63,886 bases of DNA, filler included, from Reticulomyxa filosa (GCA_000512085.1; 18 parts of 18 records of this genome joined end to end with filler, not necessarily neighbours in it), one strand, 5' to 3'. Positions 26,771-39,524 are shown, counted from the whole stretch's first letter. Notes: generated from the letters alone by a model not told the origin. Made by a program: numbers and translations.

Positions 26771-27990
26771 TTATGTTTTAACATCAACAAACGTGGAGTT
26801 GGTAGTGTCTGCAGTAGTAGCATTGTTTTTCTTTGACGCGGTTTGCTGTTGTGTTTGTGGTTGTGGTTGTTTTTTCTTTTTCATCGAATCTGCAAATGCT
26901 GATCTTGCACTGGCCAATCTCGATGCAATTGCAGTTTCGTCCACTGTCGCTGTTCGCACTGATTTGGTACTGCTTTGAAGTCCCTTAAAATGAGATACTT
27001 TTCCACTCTATATAGTGTTTTTGTTGTTATTGTTTAAATTATCGTTTCAAAGTGTTCTTAACTTTTTTTTAAAAAACCAGCAATTGAATCAAGTGTTAGT
27101 CAAAAGTAACTTCAGCGATTTTTTCTTGTTCCTCGGGTTTGACAGTAGGCCGTATTGGAATCATGGGCTCCAAGCCATGGAAATTTGTTACTTTGGCAGC
27201 CTATGAAGAATGTCAAACATGTTCTTAGTTCATATTTCAAATCAAACCGACAAGCAAACGCCAAAAGCGGATTGAAACGTAACTTTTTGAAGATGTTGTC
27301 GATTTTGTAATCGCAACAAAAAGTCTGCTCCTTTGTTGTATTCCACATCTGCTTTTAAGTCATATTGCTTTGGTCTCACATGTCCTCTCTTATAATAGTG
27401 TTCTCGCATAAATAAAAATTCAGCTCCTCCATGCTTGAATATCTCTTTGGCGGCGTTGATCCTTGCCTTTTCCGCTTCTGTCATACGTGTTGGATCTCCA
27501 TGACTCTTTGCTTGTATGTATCGCATCATATTGCTATATTCATCTTCGCTAATTTGTCTTCTCTGTGTTTTGTCCACACCCCCGAGCAATTTCAAAAACA
27601 AAACAACTTTCGTTAGCCCCTTTTCTTAAAAAAAAGTCTATGTATGTTTCGACAGAACATAAAAAAAAAAAAAAAAAAAGCAAAACAGCAGCGAACATGA
27701 GCATGCTTGGTTTTGGATAGGTCTTGGCCAGTGGTTTCTAAGCAGTCGGTGGAATTTAAGTAAGCAAGAGCTGCATCCAAGTGTAGTTGTTCCATTTCAC
27801 TCAATTCATTTTGTTCCTCTGTGCCGACTTTCGTTTCATCCGCACTTTTGGAGTCCATAGCGTCTTGAATCGCATTGCCACTTACACTGTTTGTAGTCGC
27901 AGTCGGATCGATGCTTGCAACTGTGTTCACATCACCTACTATGTATATTACCATCAACAAGTACACAATAATTGCAAACTTTTGTTTTCT

Positions 27991-28024
<34 letters not shown>

Positions 28025-28815
28025 TAGGCCTTGTTGTCTACTATCTTTTATATTGTATATATTATATATCACATATATACACATAATGTATATGTTTATA
28101 TACGTACATATGTATACACATTTAACTTGTGGCTTGAGAACTAACGGCTGAGGGAAACTCCTTGAGCAATTCGGGATCATCGAACAAAGAACTACCGGTA
28201 TCGTCGTGTTCATCGTTTGTTGTAAGGGACTGGATTTCCTCTTTCGTCAGGCCGAGTGCACACAAGAGTTTTTCACTCTCGGCGGGGCGATTTTGCGGTA
28301 GTCCACTTTTTGCGCGCAAACTCTTTCGGTGACTCATCAACTTCTCAATGTCAATATTCGCTACCAAAGATGCAAAGTCTGTGTCGTACGTCACCTTATC
28401 TATGTCCGTGTAAAAGTCTTCCACCGATGCCAGTTTTGCATTGTCCGGTTTGAAGTTCAAACTTGGTGATACACTTCGCAGCGAATATGCGCGATCGTAC
28501 TTTAAACCAAAATAAAAATAAAAAAGAGGAGGTATAATAATAATGATTTCAAAGAAACAAGGGACACAAAATAAAAAAAATGATACCCCTTTTTTATATA
28601 AAGGGGGCAGAAAAAAACGTTCACACCTTACTGGACGGCTTTGATGCATCAAAGGTCCGGCGAGAACGCCTTTTTCTCTGCATGGATTTTGGTCTCTGTC
28701 TTGAAGTGGTGCGGCTTGATTTACGGGATTTCGATGAGCCTTCGTTGGACGAAGTACTCTCCCCTGATGAGGGAGTCATCACTTGCGAGACAATTGCATC
28801 TGCTATCTTATGCAC
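26771..28815 (-). CDS. Hypothetical multi-exon protein
   Basis: Same-strand GC-richer exons (28621-28815, about 28130-28500, about 27700-27935, about 27112-27595, 26771-26990) separated by homopolymer- and microsatellite-rich introns. No domain recognised. Confidence 0.45.
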
Positions 28816-29319
28816 GTCTTTAAGTTTTTGCTGTGTTTGTTGGTTTGTTTTTTCTCAGTTTTATTCTGAATTTACTTTTTTTGCACTAACTACTCACTTG
28901 CATATTGATAGTGTTTAGACACGAACAGAATACAAATGAAAAATTTCAAGTAAGATTATTCAAAAAACAAAATATTTTTTCATGCGACAATTTTATGTCA
29001 GGTCACCCAGACGTTGTCACGCTTTGCACAATTTATCCAAACGAATTTGTTACAAACACAGACTAGATGAGGTCGAAGCAAGGTTTGGATTGAGATTCTC
29101 ACAGTGAATTTGTTTATTACAACACAATTGCTTCGACTCTTACTGTTTTAAACTGTTTTTTAATCTTATAATAAATATATCGTTTTAACAAGAATTAACG
29201 GATATTCAATAAAGCGACATTTAAATATGTTTTGTCGTTAAGTTATTGTGCAAGTTTTTGACGGTAGGAAATTTCGAAAACTCATATAACAATTTTTTGA
29301 ATTATTTTTATTTTTGAGT

Positions 29320-29733
29320 ATGGTTGTAAATCCTCAACGTTGGATAATTGGGACTATTTCTCAACAAGATGAAGCCAACAAATTCATAAACTCAGCCGTT
29401 TTATTTTCAATGTTGGGTGAACTCATTACCAAATTGTACGGATTTGTCGGAACAGCACGAGTAAAAGTACTGAGTATAAAACATGAACATATCGACCTGA
29501 AAACAAAAAGTGATAATTTGTACATTATTATATGTGAAAGAGGTTGTTTCCAAGAAGTCTTAACGACATTATTATTTTTGAGCGAAATAAGACAAGCCCA
29601 AAGCACCGAAAAAAGTGTTAAAGGCAAATTGGTGCGGTGGAATACATTGAAAGTTGCTAATTCAGAAAGAATGGCTTATGGTTTTATTACCACTTACAGG
29701 AAAGAATTGGAACAAAACATACAGCAAGACTGA
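29320..29733 (+). CDS. Pop5/Rpp14-family RNase P/MRP subunit-like protein
   Basis: 137-aa intronless ORF. MVVNPQRWIIG (cf. MVRxKxRYLL), LITKLYGFVG (cf. I..lfGdxG), YIIICERGCFQEVLTTLLFLSEI and NTLKVANSER (cf. lxVSGTir) fit the Pop5/Rpp14 pattern. Confidence 0.55.
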   Translation: MVVNPQRWIIGTISQQDEANKFINSAVLFSMLGELITKLYGFVGTARVKVLSIKHEHIDLKTKSDNLYIIICERGCFQEVLTTLLFLSEIRQAQSTEKSVKGKLVRWNTLKVANSERMAYGFITTYRKELEQNIQQD

Positions 29734-30455
29734 GCTAGCATCTTTGTGTCTTAAGGCATCTTTATAGACAAAACACACGAGCGTTGTAGTTGCTTATACC
29801 TGTTGCGGCAACAACTAATAATATTTCTTTATTGGGTTATTCAACACAAGTTGTGGACTCGATCCAATCTAAAAAGGGACAAAAACTTCACTTTTACTGT
29901 AATGCTTACTTTTTGTATTGTCTTTTCCCTTTTTTAACTTGGACATAGATTTCACTACAAATTTTTACTTATGTTGATTATACCTTGGTTGTTACAACAA
30001 GAACAAATCTTTTCCTTTATTCACCAAAATTGCTCTTTGAAAAAGTGCTTTATATTGAGTGTAAAATACCTTGGACTCCCAAACCAATTTCATTTGAATA
30101 TTTTTCGAAAGATGGCCATTATGTTCAGATCCATTGGTCCAAAAAGATATCTTTTTTACAATAATATACAGTCCAATTGTGTTCATTAATAAAACTAAGT
30201 CTACTGCTGTATGCTATTTAGTTAGTTTTTGCTTTGTAGTCGAATATATTCAACTCCAAGTTCTAAATAAAAAACATCGGTTTCGCTTTTGATATTTAAT
30301 AATCTTTTCATGTCTTTCGCTGTCATAACGATATAATGTTAAATCTATTACATATTACAAATAATAATAAAAAAGGGTCTTAATGAAGAAGCATTTTATG
30401 TTCAATATTTTTTTTTGCAAAATAAAGTTGATACATAAAATAACACATTATATAT

Positions 30456-30660
30456 ATGATTGATTTTCTTTATGAAAAAACAACACTCAGACCTAATTTT
30501 TTAAAATACAGTAAGATAAAAAAGAAAGTTGAAACCTAAAATGCAATCTTATAGAGATGATTGTGTTTCTCCATGAAAAAACAACATTTAATAAAATTTT
30601 TTTTATTTAAAAAATATCTACGAATCGTGTAGTTTTTAAATATCATTTTGGTTTTTTATT
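30456..30660 (+). repeat. Dispersed AT-rich repeat, two tandem partial copies
   Basis: atgattgattttctttatgaaaaaacaacactcagacctaatttttt and gatgattgtgtttctccatgaaaaaacaacattt...aaaaaatatctacgaatcgtgtagtttttaaatat match 147-205(-) and 62617-62718. Confidence 0.7.
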
Positions 30661-31164
30661 AAGTCTTTACAATTTTTTCAAATATTTTAATCTTTCATTT
30701 GATTTGGTAAAATTTCTTAAAAAAAGTNNNNNNNNNNNNNNNNNNNNNNNNNNNNNNNNNNNNNNNNNNNNTTAATTAATTAANNNNNNNNNNNNNNNNN
30801 NNNNNNNNNNNNNNNNNNNNNNNNNNNAAAATGCAGAGTCCCTTGCACTACTGTTCCATGAACTTGGACGCTTTCTAAAAAGGTGCGGTGATTAAAGACA
30901 TTAGCAAACTGCGACACTGAATGATCGATTGCATTTGCAAAGAAGTTTGAACAAGCAGTGAAATCCTTCCCAATTGCGGCGACCACAAATGGACTGTCCG
31001 AGTCATTTCTGTGAGTTCCTTTGCAACAGTGTGTTCCACTACTAGTTCCAACAGAGGTACATTCATTTTCTAGTATTAATTGTTCACAATTAAGATATCC
31101 AAGTGATTAAGGTCCTGGTGGGTATGGAACCAAGGAAAAGAAATAATACCTTCAAATGATCAAA

Positions 31165-31460
31165 AAGATGGAATATATGGAGAAAAAACTTTATTAAAAC
31201 AAATTCATTAGGAAGTGGCGGTGGAATAATTGAACAACAATTGATTAATTATGGATTAATTCAATACAATGTAGGAAATGGATATAAAATGAACATTATC
31301 ATAGAAATAAAAGATATAAACAACATGGTGGTGAAAGTGGGGTATCAATATTAATTAAATTGCAAAATTCATCTATTCTTTTCCAAATTCGATGTATTGA
31401 AGGAAATCAAAACCTAATTATGAAGGTGGAAAAGGTAGAATTGCCATTTATGGTGTCAAA
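31165..31460 (+). pseudogene. Decayed glycine-rich domain fragment
   Basis: IYGEKTLLKQIH..GSGGGIIEQQLINYGLIQ...GGESGVSILI...IRCIEGNQ...EGGKGRIAIYG read across frameshifts and stops. Confidence 0.45.
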
Positions 31461-32398
31461 TAATATCTTTTTAAACAAATTGTTTTATTTTCTTGGATTA
31501 TTTTACTTTTCAATTTAATAAATAGCATTGTGCAACGCAATTAATTCAAATAATGCATATACATATCTTGAATGAATAATTCTCCAAGTTTTATAATTCG
31601 AATTTGAAAGATAATTTTAAAATGAATAATAAAAATTATTATTATTCCTTGTGCACCCAAGTGATTTAGAACAAGTCAATGTAAAGATCAAAAAAAATAA
31701 AATTTAGTTCATCTATATGGATCAATTTGTTTTGTTGTATTCTATTGTAATCAAAATATAAATGTTTTTCTTTCCAAAAAAAAAAAATAAAAAATGGAGA
31801 TTCTTCCAATAAAAAACACTATCATTATTGGAGTGACTCCAGAAAAAGATGATTGATTTTTATGAAGCAAACACAATAAATAAAAAAAAAAGAACCAAAA
31901 CCACATTAATTTCGATAATATTTTGCCTTTGAAATTTTGGTTTTTTTATGTTGAAGAGTGATGAGATCAGGCATTTATTTTATCCAAATAAGTTTGGAAG
32001 AGCCATGATAAAAAGGACCAAAAAAATAGACACAAGAAACTGTTTTTGTAAGATTATCATTTCTTTAAATGCTTTAGACATTGTTAAATAACTTAATATT
32101 TTCATCAAAGTCATAAATTTTTCATCTTTTAATAATATTCTTACATTGTTGATGTTCCATCTGCAATTGTTTCAATAAAATTTTATAAGATGACAAAAAT
32201 ACAATCTAATTCTTTTTAGATTACAGTTTTCATTTATTGTGCTTTTCAATTCTTAAAAAAAAAAATTGAACAAGTTTTTTCAACTTTTTTAAACAACANN
32301 NNNNNNNNNNNNNNNNNNNNNNNNNNNNNNNNNNNNNNNNNNTTAATTAATTAANNNNNNNNNNNNNNNNNNNNNNNNNNNNNNNNNNNNNNNNNNNN

Positions 32399-32925
32399 AA
32401 AAAAAAAACAAACTTAAAATCGAACTTCTCCTTCATCAGTCTTCGATCCTTTGCCTTCCACGGCAAATCACGTGGCGTTCTTTGTCAAATGTGACAATTC
32501 CAAGTAAGTCTTTGTAGTTCAAAATTTGCTTCTCAACGTCCAGTGCCACTACGAAACACACTTCAGCGGCCATGTTTTGTTATTTTTCTTTCCATCCAAT
32601 TGTTCTTGCATTTGTACGCACTGTCAAAAACTCTTGTGCGTTTCCTTATTCAAATTTTCATTTATTACGTAATACACTTTCTTACACTCTCACAATCACT
32701 TGTCTGACGTTCGTCGTTGTTGGATCGTGTCGAAAAACTAACTTTAAAAGATTCCTTCATATTTGAAGTTATGAACTGTCAAGGCATTGCTCTCCTTTAT
32801 TTTAGGTGAAGAACTCTCAAAATTTCTGTTACACGACATTTTTAACATTACTCGAAGGGGGCCACCCCTAGATCAAACAAAATAAGTGAACGAAAACTTC
32901 GATTTTTGCTTTAATAAGTCAAAAA
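32399..32925. repeat. Direct repeat copy 1 (about 530 bp), containing the 5' part of a formin-like pseudogene on the minus strand
   Basis: Colinear with about 34920-35456, with many substitutions. The minus strand reads AAEVCFVVALDVEKQILNYKDLLGIVTF. Confidence 0.85.
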
Positions 32926-34059
32926 AAATTTATTTGTAAAATTACAAAAAAAAAATTGCAAAAGATTTATTTTGCATTCAATTGTATTTATTGATTTTTT
33001 TTCATTGTTGTTTTTTTTAATAATGTTTACAAAGTGATTTAAAAAAAAAACTAGCTAATTAAAGTGGTTTAATGTCATTGTAGAAAAATGAAATTTTTGT
33101 AATTTCTTGATTAATTTGAGAACAAATAAAAAATGAGAAATGGAACGATTATTGTTCAAATGTGAATTGAGCCAAATACCACGTAAGCTGAATTTTTTTA
33201 GTTGTTGAAAATAAATTGATGCAAAAAGAGTCCCAAATTGATTAAACATCTAAATTACCCAACATTCGGAAATATTTGCTGAGAACGCGCAAGATAATAC
33301 TCTAGATAGAGTTCTTTTTTTTGAGCCTTAACAAAACAAGAAAAAGAAATAGCATCATAGCCAAAGATAATAAAAATTCACTTATCACTTTGAACAAAGG
33401 AAATAATAAAATTATATATTAACATTATTATTAAAGCAATTTAACAAATTAATTGGTGCCTGATAAGAAAAAATAAAAGCGAGAGCCAATTGATTTAATT
33501 CATGTTTCAATAATATCAATAATATTTATGTAAGTTTTTCAACTTTTCCTGCTAATTCAATTTTGCGCTTTTCAGAAATCCACATTGGTGGAACTGAATT
33601 GATTTCTTTTCATCTGTTGAAGTAATCTATCAATAAAAAAGACTTGTAAAATTGCTACAAGTCGAAGAGAAAAAAGTTAACCGAAATGGACAATTTATTT
33701 TCATTAAAACAACTGCAAGGTTGACAAAATGGAGTTAGATATCGTTTATGATGATGCATTTCAATAACGTCTTCATGTTCGAAATAATCAAATGTGCAAG
33801 ACATTGTACAAATTGCATTTCTCTTTTATTGTATTCATTTCGTAAAAATATTATTATATAATACAAAAATAAAAAAGATTGATCACAAATACATAAAGTT
33901 GCATCTAAATTATTCATAGAAAATAAAAATTATCAAAAAAAGAAACGATACTCAACACCATTTGTTCATAAATACAAACAAAATTTCATTGTATGATTTT
34001 GTTCAAAAAATTGATCATTATCCCAGCTTACATGCATGAATTCATTATTATTTCTTGAA

Positions 34060-35170
34060 TTTCTTGCATCTCCATAGCACACACAATCTTTTTATTGCGT
34101 CAGCTAAGGCAGTTGTTTCAAAAAGGTCATAGCCTTCCAATCTTTCCTTTTGTTCAGCTGTTATTTTGAACATTTCAATGTGGACATTGTTTTAATTGTT
34201 GAGTTGAAGTTGCATCAGTTCCTCTTCGCTTCGATTCTTCAAGAGCGGATAAGTCACCTTGATTGACAATATCCACTTTCATTTTCTACTGATTTAGAAC
34301 ATATTTTATTGGACTTTACATTTAGACAGACTTTTGAGACAATTCATCAAAGTTTCTATGTTTTTTGTTTGTTTGTGTCAACTCACATAACAAAAATAAT
34401 TCACCTCTTTGTCTTGTATGTATATATCATGCATTAGTTTAACTTGTTTACTTTTTGGATTTCAAAGAGCCCTTATCTTGCAATGCTTGTTTAATAACTT
34501 CTATCTTTTAGATGATGTCCTTCACTTGGTCGCCTCTGGTACTATGATATCCGCAAAGTCTGTGTACTTGTCGCCATTAAATTGTACACGTGCATAAGTG
34601 CTTCATTCGCTGTCATTGGATCTCAAGCACTTAATTTTGGTCAATACATCCAATCTGACATCATTTTCGCCTTTCTTATTGTTCGCATTCATATGTTCTC
34701 CAACGGCTAAAATGACTGCCACTGCATTTCAATTATTCGTGTACACTCAATAACATGTTGACACGCTTGGCTTATAAATTCATAAACTCCATTTTGAAAG
34801 CCCAGTTCACTCGTTGGATGGAAATCGTGTAATTCCAAAATCTTTCTTCTGTTTCCAACTGTTAACTTTTTTTTTGGATATACTTGTCAATAAAAACGTT
34901 TTTGTTTGCATACGCTAAAAAAAAAGAAAAAAACAACTTAAAATCAAACTACTATTCAATTGCCTCTTTTATTATTTGCTTTCCATGGAAATCCTATTGC
35001 ATTCATTGACAAACGTGACAATTCCAAGCAAGTCTTTGTAGTTCAAACTTTGCTTCTCAACGTCCAGTGCCATCACGAGACAAACTTCAGCTGTCATGTT
35101 TCATTATTTTTTTTCCGTCCAATCATACTTGCATTTGTACGCACTGCCAAAAACTCTTGTGCGATTCATT
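34060..35170 (-). pseudogene. Formin FH2 domain pseudogene fragment
   Basis: Minus-strand pieces ALDVEKQSLNYKDLLGIVTF, QLETEERFWNYTISIQRVNWAFKMEF and VILAVGEHMNANNKKGENDVRLDVLTKIKCLRSND match the FH2 consensus (ILxxGNYMN..G.A.GFxLxxLxKLxxxKSxD). Multiple stops and frameshifts. Confidence 0.7.
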
Positions 35171-35456
35171 ATTCAAATTTTAGTGTACTATGTAACATTC
35201 TTTCTTTTCTTCAGTTCTCAAAACCACTTATCTGACTTTCGCCGCTGTTTGATAAGTATATAAGAACTAACTTAAAAAGATTCCTTCGTATCTGAGGTTA
35301 TGAACTAACAACAAATTGCTCTCCTTTGTTTTAGGCGAGGAATTCTCAAAATTTCTGCTACACACCATTTTTAACATTACTCGAAGGGGGCCACCCCTAG
35401 ATCAAACAAAATAAGTGAACGAAAACTTCGATTTTTAATATAATAAGTTCAAAAAA
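34920..35456. repeat. Direct repeat copy 2
   Basis: Matches 32399-32925 and includes the identical 71-bp block at 35366-35436. Confidence 0.85.
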
Positions 35457-35556
35457 NNNNNNNNNNNNNNNNNNNNNNNNNNNNNNNNNNNNNNNNNNNN
35501 TTAATTAATTAANNNNNNNNNNNNNNNNNNNNNNNNNNNNNNNNNNNNNNNNNNNN

Positions 35557-36325
35557 TATGATGGTGATTTTAATCAAGCATTTGATATTGGAAGATTTAC
35601 AATTCTATGTGATAACTCTACTAAATTACAAACTGCAGTTGCGGTGCTGAAGAAGACAGAACAATTCAATTTGATTGTGTCGGAAGATAAGGATTTCTTT
35701 AATTAACAATCGAAAATACATCATCAATTTCATAATGTTAAATTATATATTGCAAAACATGATGTATATATTGAAATGCAAGCAATATCGAAAAATTTAC
35801 AACATTGGAAGGATATTATATAATTGGAATCCTAAATTAAGTCATATTTTATGAACAAATTCGAGCATGGAAGCCTAGTGATCAATTAAAAGATAAATTG
35901 AAATAAGCAAGATATGAAACATTGACAAAGGTCAATGATATAATTTGTGAATGGATTGATATAAAAGAAATTAGAAAAATAGCAAGCGGTTACAAGCCAC
36001 ATTCAGAAATTCGAATATTGAAACCTTCACAACTAAAAGGAATAAATGATGAAAAATCAATGTCAAAAATTATATCCCATTAAAATTGTCTAAGTATTAA
36101 CTGTATTATCATCATTAATGAACAACATCCAACTGGAACTAAAAATTAAAAGCACAAGTATATAAAGCATTCAATAAACAATGGATTGATATTTATATTA
36201 AAAATATTTCAAATAAATTATCCGAATTAAGAATTCAAATAAATATAAAAAAATCAAATTTGCATTTCAACAACATTGTTAAAATTTAGGATTTGAAATG
36301 TTTATGCAAGGAAATCAAGTTGCAA
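35557..36325 (+). pseudogene. RelA/SpoT-like nucleotidyltransferase domain plus NACHT-type helical fragment (decayed)
   Basis: Frame from 35557: YDGDFNQAFDIGRFTILCDNSTKLQTAVAVLKKTEQFNLIVSEDKDFFN*QSKIHHQFHNVKLYIAKHDVYIEMQA, then ..SH.FYEQIRAW. Later fragments read IPLKL..LTVLSSL, QVYKAFNKQWIDIY and LGFEMFMQGNQVA. Confidence 0.6.
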
Positions 36326-37280
36326 AAAAAAAGAGTATATAAAACGAGATTGATTGAAATTAATGTCAATTGAAGACTTTTTAAAAAATACATTGACATT
36401 GTCAATCAAGAGAATTCAGTTTTCACAGCGTATGTGTACGCCTTCTCCTTCATTGATAATTCGTTCACAAATCTTGTTAAAAGTATCATAATGGATATGA
36501 TCAATCATACACAGTATGTCAAAAATTTTGAAATCTCTAACACTCCAATGTTTGCTGTACGAAGCACAAATTCATATCAAAACCAAGAAGTACCAATACA
36601 CAATAAATGACTGCAAAATCACCGATTTACTTGAACCTTAAAACTGATGTTTTACAGTTTTTTCCAAGTTTATGAAAATGATGATAATTGTTGAGATTGT
36701 CATTTGTTTAAGTTTTGATTTGTTTCTTCCTGATAACTCGAAAAAAACTTATTTTAGATTTAGTAAATCAAAATAAAAAATGGAAAAAAATTATATTATT
36801 TTTTTATGCTTAGGGATGAAATGTGTTGCAACAAACTCAATGTTAAACAATCTTTCATGTTGCTAACAGCAGTTTAATCTTTTTTTATTTGTAGAGGTTC
36901 TAAACAAAAAAAGGGTTTATCTTCATCATGCTTGGACAACTTCAACAAACATTTTCCAAGATAGACNNNNNNNNNNNNNNNNNNNNNNNNNNNNNNNNNN
37001 NNNNNNNNNNTTAATTAATTAANNNNNNNNNNNNNNNNNNNNNNNNNNNNNNNNNNNNNNNNNNNNATTACACTTCAAAAACACTTTGCCCTGTACACTG
37101 GATGGTTGCTCTGCAATACTAAGGTGTACAAATTTAACTATGCAATAGTTTAGCATAACATTCATTTTTTGTTAAAAAAAAATCGCAATAAAGGTAAATG
37201 GTTTTAATCAAAATTAAATCTTTCATTCTTTGTACCAAAGAAATGATTATTTCTTTTGATCTTACAATAAAACACATACA

Positions 37281-37650
37281 TCAAATTTTTTGTTGACTAT
37301 ACCCAAATATGAATGGGTCCCTATATGAACCATAACACAAATTAATACCACGTCTATTATCATTATTGCTTTTTAATTGTATAAATTTAAGACATGATAT
37401 TCCATAATCTTTATTATCTCCATTAATAATATGCAATTCATTCCTATTTGATCGAATATCCCAAAATCGAATTGTATTATCACTTGATCCAGAACATATT
37501 ACATTTGAACTAACAAATTCGATATTATTTACTACAAATGGTGAATATTCAACAGTATATACTGAATATTTGTGTCCATTGAACACTTGAATTTGTTGAC
37601 CAGATAGAATATCCCACAAACGAATAGTGTTGTCGCTTGATGAAGAACAA
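37281..37650 (-). pseudogene. WD40 repeat C-terminal fragment
   Basis: CSSSDNTIRLWDILSGQQIQVFNGH...VICSGSSDNTIRFWDIRSN...LCYGS. The upstream part is degraded. Confidence 0.75.
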
Positions 37651-38283
37651 ATAATATTACGACTATTGTTATGACAATAATATAATGAAAATTTTACACG
37701 ATTTATATTTTTTAAATATTTATTAAATAACTGAATTTGATTTTGTTTTTTTTATTTCATCTATGTCTGTCTCATAATCATGAAATTTATCTAATTTTGT
37801 AACTTTTTTTGTTGAATTGAAGCTTAAAAATATAACCCTTACAAATAATGTTATTTTGTTTTGTCTTTTACTTTGAATGCCATTGACACACTTTGCTGGT
37901 TTGTCGGATTGGTTGCTAACTAATTATTATTTGTGCAAATTTCTGACATTGCGGACTAACTGATTTTTTTTGTTGGTTTATTCTATTTCTGATAAGCATT
38001 ATAAATACATCTTCATATTTCTCTTCTTTTACACGTTGTTCCATTCTACTTAGTGCCGATGTAGCTGTTGTCATATAACATGATTTAGGTGAAAATATTT
38101 TTTATGCTTTTGCTCAACAACGGCAAATTGATAACTCTGTCCTTTTAATTGAATGCTTTCTGGTTTAAACTATAAAAAAAAAAAGGAAAGAAAGCCTATG
38201 CAAATTTAGATCAAGTATTTTTTTTTTTATTCAATTCTGAAAAATAATTTGATTTCCTTGTTATTTCAAACAAAAGAACTTGG

Positions 38284-39524
38284 CTATCCCAATACACGAA
38301 TGAGACCATTTCTAGAACCATAACACAAAGTATAACCACAACATTCACTTGTGTTGTTTTTACTTTTTTCGTTATTCTTTAGACCTTGGTCAAACGGCAC
38401 AAATTCAAAAGAATATATTCCATTGTCATCATCAAATCCTTTGATTTCATGTAATTGTTTGTTAGTTCGGATGTCCCAAAATCGAATCGTATTGTCACCT
38501 GACCCAGAACATATTATGCTTGTATCACTTCCACCATTTTCGGATGGCAAATATTCAACAGCCCATACATAGCTTGTATGCCCTTTGAAGATATGAATTT
38601 GTTTTCCTGTTCGAATATCCCACAATCGAACTGTTTTGTCACCCGATCCAGAGCATATCACATTGCCACCAACAATACTTGTTTCATTTCTTGAATATTT
38701 TACACTTGGCACATAACCTTCATGTCCGTTGAAAGCAACTAATTGTTTGGTGTTTTCGATATCCCACAAACGAATGGTTTTATCACTTGATCCAGAGCAA
38801 ATGGTATATCCAGCACCACCAATCACACCAATGTTATTGGTATCTTTACTACTACTTTGCAATGGTGAAAATTCAACACACCAAACACCATTTCCATGTC
38901 CATTGAACACATGCAATGCTTTCGATGTTTCGACATCCCATAAACGAATTGTACCATCACTGGATCCAGAACACAAATATTTTCCATCAGTGAATGATGA
39001 AAATTGAATGGTGAGAGCATAAGTACTGTTTTCTTTGAAAGTCTGATATTCTTTTGCTGTTTTGATATCCCAAAAACGGATGGTATTGTCATAAGATGCT
39101 GAACAAATGGTAGGGCGATTATGGTTACGATGATATGGAGAGAATTTGGCACTATAAACAGTGCCTGAATGTCCATTAAAGATCTGAATTTGTTTGTTGT
39201 TATCCAAATCCCATACACGGGCAGTGTTATCACTTGATCCAGAGCAAAGAAATCGATCACCATCAAATGAAAAATATTGAAGACTATTTACATTATTGGA
39301 GTGTCCACTGAAAATTTTAAGTAGTTTAGAAGAGCGAAGCAAGTCAAGAGTGTAAGTGGAAGAGTGTTTGGAGTTGGAAGATAGAGTATTGTCATTTTCT
39401 TTTTGTTCATCTTTGTTGGACAGTTTTTGAATATCTTGGTTGAGTTTCTCATTTTTTTCTTCCAGTAATTTGATTAATGTATCATAATGTGATAGTTGTT
39501 TGTTTTCCTTTTCATTGAAATCTT
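38284..39524 (-). CDS. Coiled-coil + WD40 repeat protein (5' truncated)
   Basis: About 7 GH...WD repeats. The frame stays open upstream through DFNEKENKQLSHYDTLIKLLEEKNEKLNQDIQKL to the contig edge. Confidence 0.9.

Noticed and set aside
35704-35706. In-frame TAA codons (also at 48764) as evidence of stop-codon reassignment
   Set aside because: Intact genes such as the Rab end in TAA, long ORFs lack internal TAA, and these regions also carry frameshifts. Decay explains them.
11367-36966. Apparent defence island (HSPA12, RNF213-like and RelA/SpoT-NACHT relic close together)
   Set aside because: These lie on different contigs separated by linkers, so proximity is not evidence of linkage.
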